A stretch of 64,000 nucleotides of DNA from Pseudomonadota bacterium (GTDB taxonomy: Bacteria; Pseudomonadota; Gammaproteobacteria; Acidiferrobacterales; UBA6901), in assembly GCA_021785515.1 (NCBI GenBank), contig JAJYEX010000006.1, positions 100,251 through 164,250 of the forward strand, read 5' to 3'. The notes below the pieces were generated by a model that saw only the letters and a program-made list of their open reading frames with translations, made no database searches and was not told the origin of the DNA. Positions 22,623 through 33,080 of the stretch are shown here, in pieces. The position numbers were made by a program, and so were the translations under genes. Each line of letters starts with the position of its first letter. Within the stretch, counting starts at the first letter, position 1.

Positions 22623-23552
22623 ATGGACAAGATTACCATTGTAGGTGCGGGACGGGTGGGCGAATCGACCGCCCACAACCTTGCGAAGGCCGAGTTGTGC
22701 CGGCACATCTCCCTCATCGACATCAAGGAAGGCATGCCGCAGGGTACCGCCCTCGACATCCAGGAGTCCGCGCCGATCTTCGGGTTTGATACCAAGCTAT
22801 CCGGGCACAACGAACTCGGAGCCATGTCCGGATCCGATTTGATCATTATCACCGCCGGCGTACCCCGCAAGCCCGGCATGTCCCGCTCGGACGTGCTCGA
22901 CGTCAACGTGCCGGTAATTACGGCGATCATTGACGAAGCGGTGCGTTCCGCGCCGCAGGCGATGATCCTCGTGGTAACCAATCCCGTCGACGTGCTGACC
23001 TACGTGGCATGGAAACGTAGCGGCTGGCAGCGCCATCGCGTGTTCGGGCTGTCGGGCGTGCTCGACTCGACGCGCATGGCCAGCTTCGTGGCGATCGAGA
23101 CCGGGTTTTCGGTCAAGGACATATCTGCGATGGTACTGGGCGGGCACGGAGACACCATGGTACCGTTACCCCGCTATACCTGCGTCAACGGCATTCCGAT
23201 CAGCCATTTTCTGGAGGAAAAGACCCTGGCTCGCATCGTCGAACGCACGCGCCAGGGCGGCGCGGAGATCCTGGCGCTGCGGAAAACCAGCAGCGCGTAT
23301 GATGCGCCGGCGGCGGCAGTGGCAACCATGGTGGACGCCATCCAGCACGGACGCAGACGCGTGCTGCCGAGCGTGGCTATCCTGGACGGTGAATACGGCC
23401 AGCGTGGGATTTGCATGGGCGTACCGGCGATCCTGGGCAGCAACGGTATGGAACAGGTGATAGAACTGGCACTGAACCCCGACGAATCAGCCCAGTTTGT
23501 CCGTTCGGCAGAACATGTCCGCGCCGATCTCGCCCGCCTCAAGCTCGATTGA
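22623..23552 (+). CDS. mdh: Malate dehydrogenase (LDH-like type)
   Basis: GAGRVG, TAGVPRKPGMSRSD, TNPVD, GGHGDTMVP. Confidence 0.93.
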   Translation: MDKITIVGAGRVGESTAHNLAKAELCRHISLIDIKEGMPQGTALDIQESAPIFGFDTKLSGHNELGAMSGSDLIIITAGVPRKPGMSRSDVLDVNVPVITAIIDEAVRSAPQAMILVVTNPVDVLTYVAWKRSGWQRHRVFGLSGVLDSTRMASFVAIETGFSVKDISAMVLGGHGDTMVPLPRYTCVNGIPISHFLEEKTLARIVERTRQGGAEILALRKTSSAYDAPAAAVATMVDAIQHGRRRVLPSVAILDGEYGQRGICMGVPAILGSNGMEQVIELALNPDESAQFVRSAEHVRADLARLKLD

Positions 23553-23562
23553 TTCGGCGCCG

Positions 23563-24156
23563 TCAGTGCGGCAGGTTTGAGGTCATGCCCGCGGTGATCG
23601 CGAAACGCATGGCATCCTGCATCGACAGCGATACGGGTTTGATTGCAGTGCGCGGCACAAGCACCATGTGCCCGCCAATCTGGTAGCTTAGTGGTATGTA
23701 TACTGCCACCATGCCGGTGCCGCTTAGGTCTTCAGGAAACCCCGAAAAATCCTCGCGGGTGACAAATCCCAGCGTGCTCAGGTTGGTCTGGCCCAGACTT
23801 ACTATCACCACCTGACTGAAGCCGTGGGCCTGACCTCCCGAGAAAAACCCCATCAGGTCGCGAACCGCTCCGTAAATCACCTTGACCAGGGGAATCCGTC
23901 CGAGGATGTTCTCCCCCCAGTCGAACAGGCGACGTACGACGAAGACCTGCATCAGCACCCCCAGCATGAAGACCAGCAGGACTCCTGCGACCACGCCCAT
24001 GCCTACGTGATACATGCCATGCGGCAACACCAGCTTAATCCCGCCCCCCAGGATGGATTCCGCCCAGACAGCTAGCCGTATCAGTACATAAAAAGTAACG
24101 GCTACGGGCAGTATTGCGGCCAGTCCGGTAAGAAACGTTTTACTCAGGCCTTTCAT
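23563..24156 (-). CDS. DUF502 membrane protein
   Basis: FLTGLAAILP..T, RIPLVKVIY, LGFVT, ITAG. Confidence 0.85.
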   Translation of the reverse strand: MKGLSKTFLTGLAAILPVAVTFYVLIRLAVWAESILGGGIKLVLPHGMYHVGMGVVAGVLLVFMLGVLMQVFVVRRLFDWGENILGRIPLVKVIYGAVRDLMGFFSGGQAHGFSQVVIVSLGQTNLSTLGFVTREDFSGFPEDLSGTGMVAVYIPLSYQIGGHMVLVPRTAIKPVSLSMQDAMRFAITAGMTSNLPH

Positions 24157-24295
24157 GTCGCAGCTCTCCTGGGGATCTGATAGGGTTTCCGGTCTCCATA
24201 GTGTACGCTGTTCGGGACGGCCGCGGCCGTGTGCGCACAGGGTTCGGACCTAGAAAGCCGGCAGGATAAGGCCGCCCTGCGGCAGCCCCTTAACA

Positions 24296-25636
24296 TTGTC
24301 ATTTTTCTTGCCAAAGGGTAAATTTTCCTTTTCAGATCATGTCAATCGGCATGATTCTGGTGATCCGAATGAAGGGGGTTTTCTGACTGCCGTACCCGTA
24401 CCAGCCGATGAATCGGAGTGGGTCCGAACGCTTCTGGTGCTCGCCAACACATTGCACCAGACAGCGGACGGCATTGCCCTGCAGGCGCAGCTGGAACAGG
24501 GGAACAGTCTGCGTGCCGATATCCACAGGACAGTGGACCGCGCATTCATCGCGTTCGTACACGCCCTACTCAGCCGCTACAGCAAGAACCCCGGCAAGGA
24601 TCCTGCCACGGGGGTCCGTGCGGTCCTCATCCTGCAGCGGATCATTCCGTATCTCGAGTCCGCTGCGCCTGAATCCGGCCGGTCCGCTGGATCAGTGGAA
24701 AACTTCGAACAGCAAGTGGCATCCCTGTTGTGGTCAACACGGTTTCTCGCCACCGGAGATGTCCCGGGCGAAAGGCCGCGGGCAGACAGTGACCGCCGCC
24801 ATGTCGGCCGAAGGACAGATGACCCCCCCTCCCCGGATTCGGGCCGCATCACCGAGATCCAGTTTGGCCTGAGACACAGCCTGGAGCGGGCACTGTCAGG
24901 GGCAGCCGATTCTGCGGCCCACTTGCGAACCGCACAGTACGCACTTCGTCAGGCGGACAGCCCCGCTGAGGTCGCGGTACTGCGGAAAATCCTTCTGGAC
25001 TGCGCTGACGAGCTGGTGGGTGATCTAGATCGCGTGGCGGAAGACCTGCGTTTGGCCGAAGACGGCGCACGCGAAATGCGGTCGCTGACCGGCCCATTCG
25101 AAAACACCATCACGGCACACCAGGATCCGGAACTGACCGATGCGTTGACGGGTATTCCCAACCGCGCTGCGCTGCTACATCGGCTCAGGGCTGAAGCCGG
25201 ACGGGCACAACGCCATAGTATCCCGCTGGCGCTTGCGATCATTGACCCTGACCGGCTGGACGAGGCAGGAAGCTACGCCGGCCCGGCAGCGGCGGCCAAG
25301 GTGGTCTGCTGCTATGCCCGCGAGATCCTGGCAAGCTTCCGGGGCTATGACATGGTGGCTCGCTGGGGTGAGGACGGGGAATTCGCAGTCCTGTTGCCGA
25401 ATACCGGCCACGAACAGGCGGTCTCGGCGCTGCGAAAGGCCCATCACCGGGTCAGCGCGGCATCCTTTCGCCACCGGGGCCGGCTGCTTTCGGTGCCAAC
25501 ATTTTCATCCGGCCTTGCATGGTATCTCCCTGGCGAATGTCCCGAAGACCTGCTGCAGCGGGCGGCACAGGCCCTGCGCCGCGCCAAGAGCACAGGCATC
25601 AACCGCATCGAGACCTCCCTCCCGGACACCGCCTGA
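24296..25636 (+). CDS. Degenerate GGDEF-domain protein (start uncertain)
   Basis: LTDALTGIPNR, RGYD I-site, WGEDGEF in place of GGDEF, TFSSG, AKSTGINR. Confidence 0.8.
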   Translation: MSFFLPKGKFSFSDHVNRHDSGDPNEGGFLTAVPVPADESEWVRTLLVLANTLHQTADGIALQAQLEQGNSLRADIHRTVDRAFIAFVHALLSRYSKNPGKDPATGVRAVLILQRIIPYLESAAPESGRSAGSVENFEQQVASLLWSTRFLATGDVPGERPRADSDRRHVGRRTDDPPSPDSGRITEIQFGLRHSLERALSGAADSAAHLRTAQYALRQADSPAEVAVLRKILLDCADELVGDLDRVAEDLRLAEDGAREMRSLTGPFENTITAHQDPELTDALTGIPNRAALLHRLRAEAGRAQRHSIPLALAIIDPDRLDEAGSYAGPAAAAKVVCCYAREILASFRGYDMVARWGEDGEFAVLLPNTGHEQAVSALRKAHHRVSAASFRHRGRLLSVPTFSSGLAWYLPGECPEDLLQRAAQALRRAKSTGINRIETSLPDTA

Positions 25637-25693
25637 CCAACGCCTCGCGTGGAGAGGCGGCAAACCCGCCGGAAGCGCCGGCTTCCCGGGGTT

Positions 25694-26089
25694 TCAGTGG
25701 GCGGTCTTTGCGGCCAGGCCGATGTGGAGGACCCCTGCCTTGCGACAGGCATCCATGACCGTCATCAGCTCCTGAATGGAGGCCTGTTTCGCACCTTCAA
25801 TCGTGACGGCGATATGGGCGGGATCGCGGCTTTCCAGGAACGTGGTCAGCATGGACGCCGAAACGATGATGCCTTTAACACTGATGCTGCCGTCCGGTCT
25901 CAGCGATACCACCACCTTCGGGTGCGGCAATGCCGTGGCCGTGGAGCTGCGTGGGAGATTCGCCGGAAGTCCCGATGAGGGAATCATGCGCAGGGTGACC
26001 ATGATGAAGAAAACCAGCAGGAAGAACATGATGTCAATCATGGGGATTATTTCAATCCGCGCCTTTTTCCTCTGGTCGAAATAACGCAC
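25694..26089 (-). CDS. exbD: ExbD/TolR biopolymer transport protein
   Basis: IEIIPMIDIMFFLLVFFIM signature. Confidence 0.9.
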   Translation of the reverse strand: MRYFDQRKKARIEIIPMIDIMFFLLVFFIMVTLRMIPSSGLPANLPRSSTATALPHPKVVVSLRPDGSISVKGIIVSASMLTTFLESRDPAHIAVTIEGAKQASIQELMTVMDACRKAGVLHIGLAAKTAH

Positions 26090-26090
26090 T

Positions 26091-26792
26091 TCAGCCCTCC
26101 CCGGCCCGGATAGCCCGGGGCACAGCGGGGTTAAGACGCTCCCGACCGGATGCGCCAGTGGGCACCGTGACCCGGTAGTGCGGGTACATGCGGTTGATGA
26201 TCATCACCCTGAGGGTTTCGAGCTGGTGCAGTATGGTGCGTACACGGTTGTTGAGGCCGTTGAACAACACCAGCCCGACAATGGCAACAAACAGTCCGGT
26301 AGCGGTAGCCAGCAGTGCTTCGGCGACACCACCGGTCACTTTCGGCGACCCTCCGGAGACGGTGGAGAGCACGTGGAACGTCGTGAACATGCCGAGGATC
26401 GTTCCCAGAAGGCCGAGCAGAGGCGCAAGAGTCACGATGGTATCGAGCACCCACAGAAAGCGGTCTATGCTGGGCGCTTCCCTTAATATGGCTTCCTCGA
26501 TCCGGTCCGAGAGCCGGTCGAAATCGTAATCCAGATCATGCCGGAGTGTCGCGTTCAACACTCGTGCTGGCGGCAGACCCTTGCAACGCTCTCCCAGATC
26601 CCGCAGCTGCTGCGACTCGATCCGGTTCACCGGGTCGAGGTCAGAGATGATCCGTTGTCCTGCGGCGAGCGCACGCCTGAGGTACCAGGCCCGCTCCAGG
26701 GCTATCGTCAGACTGATAAACAGCAGCGCTGCCAGCACATAGACAATGTCGCCGGTAGAGCTGGCCGCCCGCAGCAAGATGTTGAGATTCAT
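26091..26792 (-). CDS. exbB: ExbB/TolQ/MotA proton channel protein
   Basis: APLLGLLGTILGM, GVAEALLATATGL. Confidence 0.9.
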   Translation of the reverse strand: MNLNILLRAASSTGDIVYVLAALLFISLTIALERAWYLRRALAAGQRIISDLDPVNRIESQQLRDLGERCKGLPPARVLNATLRHDLDYDFDRLSDRIEEAILREAPSIDRFLWVLDTIVTLAPLLGLLGTILGMFTTFHVLSTVSGGSPKVTGGVAEALLATATGLFVAIVGLVLFNGLNNRVRTILHQLETLRVMIINRMYPHYRVTVPTGASGRERLNPAVPRAIRAGEG

Positions 26793-26915
26793 TTATTTGT
26801 CCCCATGAACGTCAAGTTTTCAGCCGGAATCCGGACGCAGCTGGGACCGGCCAGGACAGCATGCCGATCGACCACGCCGGGCCAGCGCCCTTATCCGCGG
26901 TTCCGGGACGGACAC

Positions 26916-26949
26916 ACTCTAAATGGGGAATATGACGCGATTGTGACGC
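26916..26949 (-). promoter_or_regulatory. Pho-box-like direct repeat plus -10 element upstream of exbB
   Basis: Minus strand GCGTCAC-AATC-GCGTCAT, 10 nt spacer, TAGAGT. Confidence 0.5.
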
Positions 26950-26997
26950 TCAGGTTAACCCAGCTCGGCGCAGTCAGCCCCGGTTTGCCGGGGGTCT

Positions 26998-29490
26998 TCA
27001 GGAGAATTGACGCAGGGTTTCCAGGGGCGGGCGCGTGAAAACAAAGCGCGTACCCCACATGCCGAACAGGCCCACGCCAACCCCCCCGGCGGCAGGTCCG
27101 ATGATCCATGGCCTCAGATCCACGGGATAGTGAAGACGAAAGATGCGCAGTGCGATGACGTGCCCTGCGACGGTGGCGCCCAGGGCAGCGAGGAATCCAG
27201 CGATCAGTCCGAGCGTTACAAATTCCACCGCCAGGCTCTGTGCCAGCTGCCGCGTGGTCGCCCCAATCGCCCGCATGAGGGCAGCTTCCCGCACGCGCTC
27301 ATCCTGGGTGGCCTGGACGGCCGCATAAAGCACGGTCAGCCCCGCCAACAAGGTGAACATGAAGACGTACTCCAGAGCCATATTCACGCGGCGCATGATG
27401 CCGCGCACCTGGGCAATCAGGGCCTGCACATTGATGATCGTCAGATTGGGAAAACGTTGGATCATTTTCTCCAGCAGGCCGTGCCGGTTTGCGGCCAGGT
27501 GAAAACTCGTTATGTATGTTGCCGGGTATTTGTCGAGAAGACCGGGCGGGGTCAGAATGAAAAAATTCGCGCTGAACGTGTCCCACTCCACGTGCCGCAG
27601 GCTCTCGACCCGCAGGGAAACATTCCGGTCCGCAATCCGATATTCAAGAGTATCACCGAGCTTGATTCCCAGCGTCTTCGCCAGCCCCTGCTCCACCGAC
27701 GCCACGGGCTGGCCGTACTGCGCGGCAGTCCACCACCGGCCGACCACAATGCGGTTGTCACGCTGCAGCCGTTTTGCCCATGACAGATTGAAGTCCCGTT
27801 CGGCCAGGTGGCGGGCACGGATGCCCGTATAGTGCAATGCGCGCACCGGTATGCCGTTGATTGCGAGCAGACGGCCACGCACCATCGGATAAAGCACTGC
27901 GGTTTTCAGTCCGCCGTCAACCAGAAAGTGGCGCAGTGATACGACCTGACCCGGCTGGACGTTGATGACAAACTGGTTCGGGGCATCCCGCGGAAGACTG
28001 CGCTCCCAGGCACCGAGCAGGTCGCTGCGCACCAGAGAGAGCAGAAGAAGAAGCATGATACCGACACCGAAGGCGACCACCTGCACGATACTGGAATAGG
28101 TCCGTCGGGTAATACCCGCAAGCCCCAAGTGCAAGATCGCCCCGGAGTGTGCGCGCATGAACTTGACGAAGCGGACCAAGCCATACGCAACAGTACCCAG
28201 TGCGGCAATCGTGCCAGCGGTAAGCACCAGCATGTAGCCGGTAAGTCTCAGGTCACGTGCCTGCCCCAGCATGAGCACGGCCACCACCATCAGCGCGGCA
28301 GCATAAGCCAGTCCGGTTCGCGCAGGAACCTGTCCAAGGTCGCGCCGCAGCACCTGCAGGGGCGGGACATCCCGCAACCGCAACAGCGGTGGAAGCGCAA
28401 ACCCCAACAGGACGACCAGGCCTGTCGACAGCCCCGCGACTACCGGCATCCAGGTTGGCGGGGGCAGCGACGCCGAGATCAGACTGGCGAGCAGGCGCAC
28501 CAGAACGAACTGGGCAAGGTAGCCGAGGCCACAGCCGACCATGCCGGCGACCAGACCCAGCCATAACATCTGCAGTACATGAAGCGACACGATATCGCGC
28601 TGTGTCGCTCCGAGGCAGCGCATGACCGCGGCGCCGTCAAGATGGCGCGCAGTGTAACGTCGCGCCGCCGTGGCAATGGCCACTCCTGCAAGCAAAACGC
28701 TTGCCAGCGCCGCCAAACCAAGGAATTTTCGCGCCTGACGGAGCGCCTCCCGAAGTTGCGGACTCGCATCACGCACCCCTTCAAGGCGAAGCCCCGGACC
28801 CAGGTGCGGTTGCACCCAGCGCCGGAACGCAGCCAGGGCTGGCACCGGACCCGCGATCAGCAGCCGATAAGTGACCCGGCTGCCCGGTCCGATCAGACCG
28901 GTAGTCGTGAGATCCCGCATGTTCATGAGCAGACGCGGCGCGATGCTAAACAGATCGCCACTGCGGTCGGGCTCGTAGCTAAGCACCCGGGCAATCCGCA
29001 ACGTGGAGGAACCGAGCTGCAGGCGGTCCCCCACTTGCAGCCCCAGTCTGCTCATCGCATGCGGACCCAGCCACACGCTGCCGCGCGCCGGGATCGCCGT
29101 GGCGGGAGAATCCGGTCCGTAAGGTATCGCCGACACCCGCAACACACCACGGAGCGGATACCCTTGGCTCACCGACTTTACGGCCAGCAGTTCGGTCCTG
29201 CCCTTGGCAAGCACAACACTCGGAAAGCTGACGGTCACAGCCGTGTGCAGTCCAAGGCGGCGAGCGTGGCGGGAAAACAACGAATTCACCGGATCGGATG
29301 AAATTATTGCCAGATCGGCACCCAGCAGCGCCGAAGCCTGACGTTCCATAAGCAGCTGGATCCGGTCCGCAAAAAATCCTACCGCACTGGTGCTGGCAAC
29401 GGCGATGACTAGCGCCAGCGCTAATACTCGCAACTCGCCGGCCCGCCAGTCGCGCGTCACGCCCGCGAGCGAAAGCCTAAATGTTTTCAC
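26998..29490 (-). CDS. ybbP: YbbP-like ABC (FtsX/MacB-type) permease
   Basis: RDWRAGELR, LLGADL, two FtsX-like halves, APNQFVINVQ; next to ybbA/tesA. Confidence 0.9.
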   Translation of the reverse strand: MKTFRLSLAGVTRDWRAGELRVLALALVIAVASTSAVGFFADRIQLLMERQASALLGADLAIISSDPVNSLFSRHARRLGLHTAVTVSFPSVVLAKGRTELLAVKSVSQGYPLRGVLRVSAIPYGPDSPATAIPARGSVWLGPHAMSRLGLQVGDRLQLGSSTLRIARVLSYEPDRSGDLFSIAPRLLMNMRDLTTTGLIGPGSRVTYRLLIAGPVPALAAFRRWVQPHLGPGLRLEGVRDASPQLREALRQARKFLGLAALASVLLAGVAIATAARRYTARHLDGAAVMRCLGATQRDIVSLHVLQMLWLGLVAGMVGCGLGYLAQFVLVRLLASLISASLPPPTWMPVVAGLSTGLVVLLGFALPPLLRLRDVPPLQVLRRDLGQVPARTGLAYAAALMVVAVLMLGQARDLRLTGYMLVLTAGTIAALGTVAYGLVRFVKFMRAHSGAILHLGLAGITRRTYSSIVQVVAFGVGIMLLLLLSLVRSDLLGAWERSLPRDAPNQFVINVQPGQVVSLRHFLVDGGLKTAVLYPMVRGRLLAINGIPVRALHYTGIRARHLAERDFNLSWAKRLQRDNRIVVGRWWTAAQYGQPVASVEQGLAKTLGIKLGDTLEYRIADRNVSLRVESLRHVEWDTFSANFFILTPPGLLDKYPATYITSFHLAANRHGLLEKMIQRFPNLTIINVQALIAQVRGIMRRVNMALEYVFMFTLLAGLTVLYAAVQATQDERVREAALMRAIGATTRQLAQSLAVEFVTLGLIAGFLAALGATVAGHVIALRIFRLHYPVDLRPWIIGPAAGGVGVGLFGMWGTRFVFTRPPLETLRQFS

Positions 29491-30202
29491 CGGCGGTCTC
29501 CTGCAGCCCGGTCTGCGTGTTGATGCCCGTTACGGCCGGGCCGTGCAGGTGTCCACCCGCAAGTCGCAGGATACGTTGGCAGTGCGCGGCAACTGCATCA
29601 TCGTGGGTGACGAGCAGTATGGTGGTTTTATGTTCGCGATTGAGCGCGAACAAAAGATCAATCACCCTCTCCCCCGTAGTCTGATCGAGATTCCCGGTAG
29701 GTTCATCGGCAAACAGGATCTTTGGACTGCCCGCAAACGCGCGCGCGATCGCCACGCGCTGCTGCTCACCACCTGACAGCTGGCTCGGATAGTGGCGCAA
29801 ACGATCCCCGAGTCCGACGCGCTCCAGCGCCTCCCGTGCCGTGCGGCCCGGGGCCGGGCGGCCAACAATCTCCAAGGCAAGCATGACGTTTTCCAGCGCA
29901 GTAAGGGCCGGCAGAAGCTGGAACGACTGAAACACGAAACCCACACGCCCGGCACGCAGCCGCGCGCGGCCATCTTCGTCGAGCGCGCTCAGGTCAACAC
30001 CGTCGAGCACAACGCGCCCGGCGGTGGGCACATCCAGCCCGGCAAGCAGACCCAGCAGGGTCGACTTGCCGGATCCGGACGCGCCGACAATGGCACACGC
30101 CTCGCCCGCCGCAAGCTGCAGGTCAACGCCGTCCAGCAATGTCAGCGTTCCTTCCGGACTGACCACGCGCTTGCCGAGTTTTTGCGCCTGCACCATGTAC
30201 AT
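29477..30202 (-). CDS. ybbA: YbbA-like ABC ATP-binding protein
   Basis: [29 protein letters not shown]. Confidence 0.92.
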   Translation of the reverse strand: MYMVQAQKLGKRVVSPEGTLTLLDGVDLQLAAGEACAIVGASGSGKSTLLGLLAGLDVPTAGRVVLDGVDLSALDEDGRARLRAGRVGFVFQSFQLLPALTALENVMLALEIVGRPAPGRTAREALERVGLGDRLRHYPSQLSGGEQQRVAIARAFAGSPKILFADEPTGNLDQTTGERVIDLLFALNREHKTTILLVTHDDAVAAHCQRILRLAGGHLHGPAVTGINTQTGLQETAGENI

Positions 30203-30216
30203 GATCTAATGCCTCC

Positions 30217-30876
30217 GTGACTCGACCGCTTTTGGTGTTTCTGCTTGTGCTGTATTGCGGCAATGCCGCGGCTGCAACGCCTGTGATCCTGGTCATTGGC
30301 GACAGTCTCAGCGCCGGCTACGGCGTGGCGCTGGGCTCGGCTTGGCCGTCGCTGCTGCAGCAGAGACTGGAGCGTCAAGGCTATGCTTACCGGGTAGTGA
30401 ACGCCAGCATCAGCGGCGATACGAGCAGTGGCGGCCGCGCGCGCCTGCCGGAAGCGCTGTTGAACCACCAGCCCCGCATCGTAATCATAGAACTCGGAGC
30501 CAACGACGGCCTGCGCGGACTTCCACTAACGGAGATGCGCGCCAACCTCTCGGCCATGATCGCATTGGCGCTGCATCGCGGCGCCCGGGTGCTGCTGATC
30601 GGAATGTACCTGCCGATTAATTACGGTCAGGCCTACTCCCGGGCTTTTCATGGCGTCTATATGGACCTTGCCCGCGAGTACCACGTTCCGCTGGTTCCGT
30701 TCCTGCTTCAGGGGGTAGCGTTGAAGCCACAGCTGATGCAGACGGACGGAATGCACCCGCGGGCGGTGGCAGAACCGAGGCTGCTCGACAATGTCTGGTC
30801 CGTGCTGCGGCCGATGCTTCATCCGCCAACCCGTCGCACACCACAGCCCGCGGTGCGGGCGCCGGGGATGAAGTAG
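30217..30876 (+). CDS. tesA: Periplasmic GDSL arylesterase/thioesterase TesA
   Basis: Signal peptide, GDSLSAGYG, NASISGDT, ELGANDGLRG, DGMHP. Confidence 0.93.
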   Translation: MTRPLLVFLLVLYCGNAAAATPVILVIGDSLSAGYGVALGSAWPSLLQQRLERQGYAYRVVNASISGDTSSGGRARLPEALLNHQPRIVIIELGANDGLRGLPLTEMRANLSAMIALALHRGARVLLIGMYLPINYGQAYSRAFHGVYMDLAREYHVPLVPFLLQGVALKPQLMQTDGMHPRAVAEPRLLDNVWSVLRPMLHPPTRRTPQPAVRAPGMK

Positions 30877-30925
30877 AGATACCCGAACAGCCCGTTGCAC
30901 CCACGCTTCTGCCGGGTAGCGGTGT

Positions 30926-31993
30926 TCAACGTGGTTTCGCCCTTTCGTATTGCACCGGCCACGCCAGGTCGACCCCTAGCAAGCGCGCCGCATGCAGCGG
31001 CCAGTAGGGATCCCGCAACAGCTGACGGGCAAGCAGTACTGCATCGGCAAGGCCGGTTGCGACAATCTGTTCGGCCTGGAACGCATCCGTAATCATTCCC
31101 ACGGCGCCCGTGGGGACCTGCGCACGGCTGCGGACCGCGGTCGCGAAGGGCACCTGGAATCCGGGGCCTGCAGGAATACGCGCGTCCGCAATCAAGCCAC
31201 CGCTCGAACAATCGATGAAATCGATTCCTGCTGTCCGGAGATGGCGTGCCAGCTCGATCGACTGCTCTAGGTCCCAGCCGCCATCGGCCCAGTCGGTGGC
31301 CGATATGCGCACGAACACCGGCAGGTCCTGGGGCCACACGTCGCGCACTGCACGCGCGACGCGCAGGGGAAGGCGCATCCGGTTCTCCAGACTGCCGCCG
31401 TACTCATCATCCCGCCGATTGCTGAGCGGCGACAGGAATTGATGCAGCAGGTAACCGTGCGCCATGTGTATTTCCGCCACGGCGAAGCCAACGCGGGCGC
31501 TGCGGCGCGCCGCATCGGCAAACTCGGTCACTACATGGTCGATATCGGCAGCGGTAAGCGCGGCCGGAACCGGGGAACCGGGGGAAAAAGGTACCGCGCT
31601 TGGCGCCAGGGGCTGCCAGCCGCCCGCATCCGGCCGCAGGGGCGCACCTCCACGCCATGGCGCATCCGTAGACGCCTTGCGTCCGGCGTGCGCCAGCTGT
31701 ATGGCAGGTACCGCGCCCTGATCGGCGATGAAGTGCGCAATGGGGGCGAGCGCCTCGGCGTGGGCCTGTGACCAGATTCCAACATCATGAGGTGAAATGC
31801 GGCCCGCCGCACTCACCGCGGCCGCCTCAGTCATGACCAGGGCGGCGCCTCCGACCGCACGGCTACCCAGGTGAACCAGGTGCCAGGACGTGGCAAAGCC
31901 GTCCGGCGCCGAGTACTGGCACATCGGTGAAACGAAGATGCGATTCCGGAAACGGAGTCCACGCATCTGCAGAAACGAAAACAGCTGGCTCAT
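30926..31993 (-). CDS. Old Yellow Enzyme family NADH:flavin oxidoreductase (YqjM/NamA-like)
   Basis: SPMCQYSA, QLAHAGRKAS, HMAHGYLLHQFLSP, LLRDPYWP. Confidence 0.92.
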   Translation of the reverse strand: MSQLFSFLQMRGLRFRNRIFVSPMCQYSAPDGFATSWHLVHLGSRAVGGAALVMTEAAAVSAAGRISPHDVGIWSQAHAEALAPIAHFIADQGAVPAIQLAHAGRKASTDAPWRGGAPLRPDAGGWQPLAPSAVPFSPGSPVPAALTAADIDHVVTEFADAARRSARVGFAVAEIHMAHGYLLHQFLSPLSNRRDDEYGGSLENRMRLPLRVARAVRDVWPQDLPVFVRISATDWADGGWDLEQSIELARHLRTAGIDFIDCSSGGLIADARIPAGPGFQVPFATAVRSRAQVPTGAVGMITDAFQAEQIVATGLADAVLLARQLLRDPYWPLHAARLLGVDLAWPVQYERAKPR

Positions 31994-32120
31994 TAACTCG
32001 GCTCCTCAGACAGCTTTGCCGCGGCATCCGCAACGGACACCACCCGGGGAAATTTCAGCAGCTTTGGAGCGCCACCGCAATGGCGATGGACAGGGCGATA
32101 TCGTACAATTCGCGCTCGTC

Positions 32121-33044
32121 ATGATTCTGAATTCCCGCCGACAAGCCGCTACCGTGCGCCAGCTTGTGCTCTGGGGCGAAAAACAGCTGCTGCAAGCCGG
32201 AATCGCATTCGGGCACGGCACCGATAACGCCCTGGATGAAGCGGCGTGGCTGGTGGGTTCGACGATCGGCATCACGCCGGATGCTCTCGATCGGTCGCTT
32301 GACCGCCACCTGAACCCGGAGCAGGTGGCCGCGGTACACCGCATCATCGACGCGCGTATCAGAAACCGCAAACCAGCGGCATACCTGCTGCAGGAAGCCT
32401 GGTTTGCGGGCCTGCGGTTTTACGTGGACGAGCGGGTAATCGTTCCGCGGTCCCTGATCGGCGAATTCGTGCTGGAGCAATTCCAACCATGGATCGACGG
32501 AGCGCGGGTACATCGGGTGCTGGATCTGTGCACCGGCAGCGGCTGCATCGCGGTTGCTCTGGCAAAGGCGTTTCCGCAGGCCGGCGTGGACGCAGCGGAC
32601 ATTTCCGCAGAGGCGCTCGACGTGGCCCGGATCAATGTCGCTGCCTACGGCCTGGACGACAGGATACGCCTGCTGCGTTCCGACCTATTTGATGCCCTGG
32701 GCGGCGAAAAATACGACCTTATCGTCAGCAACCCGCCGTATGTGTCAGCCGGGGAGTTGGCGGCGCTGCCGGAAGAGTACCGCCATGAACCGCAGCTGGC
32801 GCTGGCCTCCGGGACCGACGGACTGGACGCTGTTACCCGTATTCTCACCGAGGCCGCGGACCATCTCTTGCCGGGCGGAATCCTGGTCGTGGAAGTCGGA
32901 AACAGCCGGCCAGCGCTGGAACAACGCTTCCCGCAGCTTCCGTTTATGTGGCTATGCACGCAGACCGGCGATGAGAGCGTTTTTCTGCTTGACCAGGCCC
33001 AGCTTACGCCGCGCGATCCGGGGAGAATTGAGAGTCCTGAATGA
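32121..33044 (+). CDS. prmB: Ribosomal protein L3 glutamine methyltransferase
   Basis: FGHGTDNALDEA, FYVDERVIVPRS, DLCTGSGCIA, SNPPYV. Confidence 0.95.
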   Translation: MILNSRRQAATVRQLVLWGEKQLLQAGIAFGHGTDNALDEAAWLVGSTIGITPDALDRSLDRHLNPEQVAAVHRIIDARIRNRKPAAYLLQEAWFAGLRFYVDERVIVPRSLIGEFVLEQFQPWIDGARVHRVLDLCTGSGCIAVALAKAFPQAGVDAADISAEALDVARINVAAYGLDDRIRLLRSDLFDALGGEKYDLIVSNPPYVSAGELAALPEEYRHEPQLALASGTDGLDAVTRILTEAADHLLPGGILVVEVGNSRPALEQRFPQLPFMWLCTQTGDESVFLLDQAQLTPRDPGRIESPE

Positions 33045-33080
33045 GTCCGCCCACTGGCGAAGGGCGTGTGGAGATCCGTT

